Part shown: piece by piece, positions 58,209-64,000 of the stretch
Layout of the letters: the number at the start of each line of letters is the position of its first letter
How positions within the stretch are numbered: position 1 is the first letter of the stretch
The notes under the pieces: model-generated
Told to the model about the DNA's origin: nothing
Database searches by the model: none
Seen by the model: the letters and a program-made list of their open reading frames with translations, nothing else
From: the human T2T-CHM13v2.0 reference genome, Homo sapiens
Reading direction: 5' to 3' (one strand)
NCBI RefSeq assembly: GCF_009914755.1
Contig: NC_060936.1
DNA: 64,000 nt
Translations under genes and position numbers: made by a program

Positions 58209-58950
58209 GGTGCCAGCATCTGCTCAGCTTCTGGTGAGGGTCTCATGCTGCTTTCACTCATGGTGGAAGGTGAAGGGGAGCCAGCATGCAGAGATCACAT
58301 GGAGAAAGTAGAAGCAAGAGAGAGAGAAGGAGGTGCCAGGCTCTTTTTAACAAGCAGTGCTTGTGGAAAATAAGAATGAGAACTCACTCACTCCTGTGAG
58401 AATGGCACCAAGCCACTCATGAGGAATCCTCTCCCATGATCCAAACACCTCCCACTAGGCCCACCTCCAGTACTGGGGATCAAATTTCAACAAGAGACTT
58501 GGCAGGACCAAACAAACCATATCCAAATCACAGCAAGTCCTTTGCCTATTTTTTAAAAAGTTGTTTGGGTATTTTTGTTGTTGAGTTGTAGGAATTCTTT
58601 ATATATTTTAGATGTTAACCCCTGTTCGGATATATGATTTGCAAATATTTTCTCCCATTCCATGGATTATCTTTTCACTCTGTTGATCATGTCTTTGATG
58701 CATGGAGGTTTTTAATTTTCCTGTAGTCCAGTTTATCTTTTTAAAATTTCATGAGCTGTGCAGTTGGTGTCATATACATGAAATCTTTATCAAATAAATG
58801 CCATATCATGAAGACTTTCTTCTATTTTTTCTAAGAGTTTTCTAAGGGTTTTATAGTTTTATCTCTTATATTTAGGTCTTTGATTCATTTTTAGTTAATT
58901 TTTGAAATGGTGCAAGGTAAAGTCCAATTTCTTTTTTTGCATGTAGATAA
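57953..58950 (-). mobile_element. L1MB3-like ORF2 3' region, interrupted by an MST LTR
   Basis: gatttgcatttccctaatgattagtgatgttga; atatgatttgcaaatattttctcccattc. Confidence 0.85.
58106..58535 (-). mobile_element. MSTB/MSTC-like MaLR solo LTR
   Basis: tatcttagcccatttgtgttgctataa...caaatcacagca. Perfect TSD agtcc at 58101-58105 and 58536-58540. Confidence 0.85.
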
Positions 58951-59063
58951 CCTGTAAAACAATATAATACAGTTGTATTTTGCATGTTGATCTTGTATCC
59001 TGAAACCTTGCTGAACTCATTTATTAGTTCTAAGATGTTGTATGGAGATTTCTTGAGAGTATA

Positions 59064-59409
59064 CAGGTTGAGGATTCCTAATCTGAAAATCTGAAATCAG
59101 AAATGTTCCAAATTCAAAACTTTTTGAGCACCGATATGATGCCACTTATATTTGGAAAATTCCATATATAAGTATCTAACATATAAGTACCTAACACAAA
59201 CTTTGTTTCATGCACAAAATTATTAAAAATAATGTATAAAATTATCTTCAGGCTGCATGTATAAGAGACATAAATAAATTTTATTTTTAGACTTGGGTCC
59301 CACCCCTAAGATATCTCATTATGTAAATGTAATATTAAAAAAATCCAAAAAAATCAAAATCCGAAACATTTCTGGTCTCAAGCATTTCCGATAAGCAATA
59401 CGCAACCTG
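59064..59409. mobile_element. Tigger4b/MER46-like MITE
   Basis: TA-flanked TIRs caggttgaggattcc / aatacgcaacctg. Confidence 0.85.
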
Positions 59410-59878
59410 TATTTCCACAAACTGGCAATGAACACACAAAAACCAAAATTTAAAATATAATATCACTTACAAATGCTCAAGAAATGACACTTCGGTGTTA
59501 TGGCAAGCAGGTAGCATGTGAAAAAGAAAAACAGCATTCAAAAAAAATGACACTTAGGTGTAAATCTAGCCACACATGCACAGTACTTGTATTATGAAAA
59601 TTTTAAAATGCTCATGAAAGAAATCAAAGAAGATCAAAATAAATGGAGAGACATATCATGATTATACATTGAAATACTCCACATCGTAAAAATTTCAATT
59701 CTTCCAAACTATTATGTAGGTTGTGTAACATATAGAAGTTGCATACATATAACATGCATATTACATATAAGTATATATTTGTGTTTATAATATATTACAG
59801 ATGTTTATATGAGCCTATTTCCCATAAGTCCCTTTATAGATAATAAAATATATTACATACATATATATATATTATATA

Positions 59879-62088
59879 CAGGCATCCATCATTTTATTGC
59901 ACTTCACTTTATTGTGCTTAGCAGATATTGTGTTTTTTTACAAATTGAAGGTTTGTGGCAATCCTGCATTGAGCAAGTCTATCAGCATAATTTTTTCAAC
60001 AGCATATACTCACATCATGTCTCTGTGTTACTTTTGGTAATTCTCACAATATTTTAAACTTTTTCATTATTATTATATCTGTTAGGATAATCTGTGATCA
60101 GCAATCTTTGATGTTACTATTGTAATTGTTTTGGGGTGCCACAAGGCACACCCATATAAGACAGGGAACTTAATTGATACATGTTTTGTGTGTCCTGACT
60201 GCTCCACCAACCAGCTGTTCCCTTATCCCTCTCCCTCTCCTCAGGCCTCCCTATTTCCTGATACACAACAATATTGACATTAGGCCAATTAATAACCCTA
60301 CAATGGCCTCTAAGTATTCAAGTGAAAGGAAGTGTTGCATGTCTCTTACTTTAAATCAAAAGCTAGAAATCACTAAGCTTAGTGAGGAAGGCATGTAGAA
60401 AGCTGAGACTGGCCAAAAGCTCAGCCTCTTGTGCCAAACAGCCAAATTGTGAGTGCAAAGGAAAAGTTATAAAAGGAAATTAAAAACGCTACTCCAGGGA
60501 ACTCACAAATGAGAGGAAAGTCAAACAGTCTCATTGCTGATACGGAGAAAGCTTCAGTGGTCTGGACAGAAGATCACACCAGCCACAGCATTTCCTTAAG
60601 CCAAACTCTAGTCCAGAGCAAGGACTAACTCTCCTCAGTTCTGTGAAGGGTGAGGGAGGTGAGGGAGTGGCAGAAGAAAAGTTGGAAGCTAGCAGAAGTT
60701 GGCTCATGAGGTTTAAGGAAAGAAGCCATCTTCTTAACGTAAAAGTACAAGGTGAGGCAGCAAGTGCTAATGGAAAAACTGCATCAAGTTATCCAGAGAA
60801 TCTAGCTATGATCATTGATGAAGGTGGCTATACTGAACAATGGATTTTCAATTATGTACATACAATATTCAAAAAATCCAAAAAAAACAAAACCAAAACA
60901 CTTCTGATCTCAAGCATTTCAGATAAGCAATGAATTTTCAAGGAAGCTGCACCAGCCCTGTATTAGAAGATTTCATCTAGGACTTTCATAGCTGGAGAAG
61001 AGAAATCAATGCCTGGCTTCAAAGTTTCCAAGGACAGGCTGACTCTCTTGTTAGGGCCTAATGCAGCTGGTGACTTTAAGCTGAAATCAGTATTCATTGG
61101 CCATTTTGAAAATCCAAGAGCCCTTAAGGATTATGCTAAATCTACTCTGCCTATGCTCTATAAATGGAAGAACAAAGCCTGGATGACAGCAATTCTGTTT
61201 ATAGCATAGTTTACTGAATGTTTTAAGCTTACTGTTGAAACCTACTGCTCAGAAAAAGATTCTTTTCAGTATATTATTGCTCACTGTCAATACACTTGGT
61301 CACTCAAGACCTCTGATGGAGATGTAACACAGGATGAGTATTGTTTTTATGCCTGTGAACGCAACATCCTTTCTGCAGCCTATGGATCAAGGAGTCATTT
61401 CAACTTTTAAGTCTTATTATTTAAGAAATACATTCTCTAATGCTATAGCTGCCATAGCTAGTGATTCCTTGGATGAATCTGGGCAAAGTAAATTGAAAAC
61501 CTTCTGCAAAGGATTCACTATTCTAGATACCACTAAGAACATTCATGATTTATGAGAGGAGGTCAAAATACCAACATGAAAAGGAGTTTATAAGAAGTTG
61601 ACTCCAACCTCATCGATGACTTTGAGAGGTTCAAGACATCAACGGAGGAAGTAACTGCAGACGTGGTAGAAAGAACAAGAGAAATGGAATTAAAAGTGAA
61701 GCCCAAAGATGTGACTGAATTGCTACAATTTCATGATCCAATTGGAATGAATGAGAAGTTGTTTCTTATGGATGAGAGAAGAAAGTGATTTCTTGAGATG
61801 GAATCTATTCCTGGTGAAGATGCTGTGAACATTGTTCAAATGGCAACAAAGGGCTCACTGAAGTCTCAGACAATTGTTAGCAATTTTTAGCAATGAAGTA
61901 TTTTTAAGTTAAGGTATGTACATGATTTTGATGTAATGCTATCACACACTTAACAGATTACAATATAGTATAAACATAATTTTATATGCACTGGGAAACC
62001 AAAACATTTGTGTGACTTGCTTCGTTGCAATTTTTGCTCTATTATGGTAGTCTGGAACTAAATCTGCAATCTCTTGGATATATATACA
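59879..62088 (+). mobile_element. Tigger1, near full length, with decayed pogo-like transposase
   Basis: Remnants [46 protein letters not shown] and [22 protein letters not shown]. Confidence 0.93.
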
Positions 62089-62109
62089 TACATATATATA
62101 TATATATAT

Positions 62110-62580
62110 GGATTTATTATGAGTAATTGGCTCATGTGATTATGGAGGATGGCAAGTTCTATGATCTGTCATCAGCAAGCTGCAGACTCAGGGAAGCCAA
62201 TGCTATAGTTTAGTTCAGGTAGAGTCCAAAAGCCTGAGAACTTGGAGGGTTGATGGTGGAAGTTTTAAACCAAGTTTGAAGGCCTGAGAACTGGAAGGCC
62301 AATGGTATAATTTCCAGACCCAGAAAAGACTGATGTCCCAGCTTAAGCAGTCAAGCAGAGGGAATTCTCCCCTCCTCCACCTTTTTGTTCTATTCAGCCC
62401 CTCAATTGATTGGATGACACCCACAAACATTAGGGAGGTCTATATGCTTTACTCTCTCTACTGATTCAAATGCTAATCTCTCATGGAAACATCCTCACAG
62501 AGACACCAAGAAATAATGTTTAACCAGATTTCTGGTTATCCTATGACCTAGTCAAGTGGCACAAAAAATTATCTATCACA
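62110..62580 (-). mobile_element. MLT2 (ERVL) LTR part
   Basis: ggatttattatgagtaattggctcatgtgattatggag...gattcaaatgctaatctc...ctatcaca. Confidence 0.8.
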
Positions 62581-62883
62581 CAGGTTTAACACAATTCCTA
62601 TCAAAATTCCTACAGGATTTTTTATAGCTATAAACCAGATTATTTAAAAATGTATACAGAGAGGCAAAAGAAATAGAATAGTTACAACAATTTCAAAATA
62701 AGATGAAACTAGAAGAATAAATCTACCCAATTTCAAGATATACTATATAGCTACGGTAACCAAGGCTATGTGATATCAGTGGAGGGATAGAAGCATAAAC
62801 AAGTGGAATCAAATAGAGAACCAGGAAATAACTGCATACTGAAACAGCCAACTGATTTTAGACAAAGGTTCAAAAACAATTCA

Positions 62884-63209
<326 letters not shown>

Positions 63210-64000
63210 TCAACCAATGCTATTGAGGCAATTGGATATGCACAGCAAAAATGAACTTCGACCTAAGTCTCATACTTTATGCAAAACTTAAAATGAATCA
63301 TAAACTTAAATGAAAACATAAAACTGTAAAACTTTTAGAAGACAAAATAGGAGAAATCTTTGGGATCGAATACATCATGATGACTTTTTAGACATGACGT
63401 CAAACGCATGATCTATAAAGGGAAAAAATTAATAAATTAGAGTTCATCAAAGTTAAAACCATTTGCTATGTTTTTAGGCAACGAGCCTGTTAAAAGAGAG
63501 AAAAGGCAAGCTTTAGCCTGGGAGAAAATATTTGGAAACCACATATCTGACAAAGGACTCATATCTAGAATATATAAAGAACTCTCAAAATTCCACAGTA
63601 AAAAGAAAAAACCCCAAAATAAACCCAAACAATCTAATTAGAAAACAGGCAAAGACATAAACAGACGTTTCATTTATAAGATACAGATGGTAAATAAGCA
63701 CATGAAAAGATGTTCAATATTACTAGCTGTTTACAAAGGAAGTCTTAAGCCAGGCCTCAGATAAGTAAGATTTTATGAATTAATAAGAGGGATATAAAAG
63801 CATAAGCTCAAGAGTCTCATTGGATCCCAACAATTTCTTTGGCCTAATATTTTTTAAAGTTTAAATTTTTCTGCAAGTTATATAGCACTATGTCTAGTAT
63901 AGTTCCATTTTTTGTAAAAGATATATCTATATATAGGAAAAATTTGAACACTGAGTATTTGATGTAATTTAAGAGTAATTTTTAAAAATTTAAGTGTGAT

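Noticed and set aside
60174-61555. Domesticated TIGD/CENP-B-like gene
   Set aside because: The Tigger1 transposase is broken by many stops, frameshifts and an insertion.

Overview
Primate (almost certainly human, ANO6 locus, 12q12 from memory) genomic DNA. The only clear protein-coding sequence is the canonical last exon of ANO6/TMEM16F (+, 3798-4004), followed by a ~3 kb 3'UTR with a poly(A) signal at 7020. A phase-compatible alternative last exon, built from an antisense Alu plus antisense L1 sequence, lies at 14367-14630. The rest is transposon-dense intergenic DNA: L1, L2, Alu, MIR, ERV1/MaLR/ERVL LTRs, and Tigger and hAT elements. It includes a MESD processed pseudogene inside a four-level nested insertion, whose innermost L1PB carries a TSD-supported ~300 bp 3' transduction. 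I see no new multi-gene system. The most unusual signal is a cluster of locally templated insertions between 49 and 61 kb (fragments of ~25-255 bp copied from 0.4-11 kb away), centred on a complex inverted-duplication scar at 57.05-58.2 kb. Repeat subfamily names are from memory of consensus sequences and most repeat boundaries are approximate.
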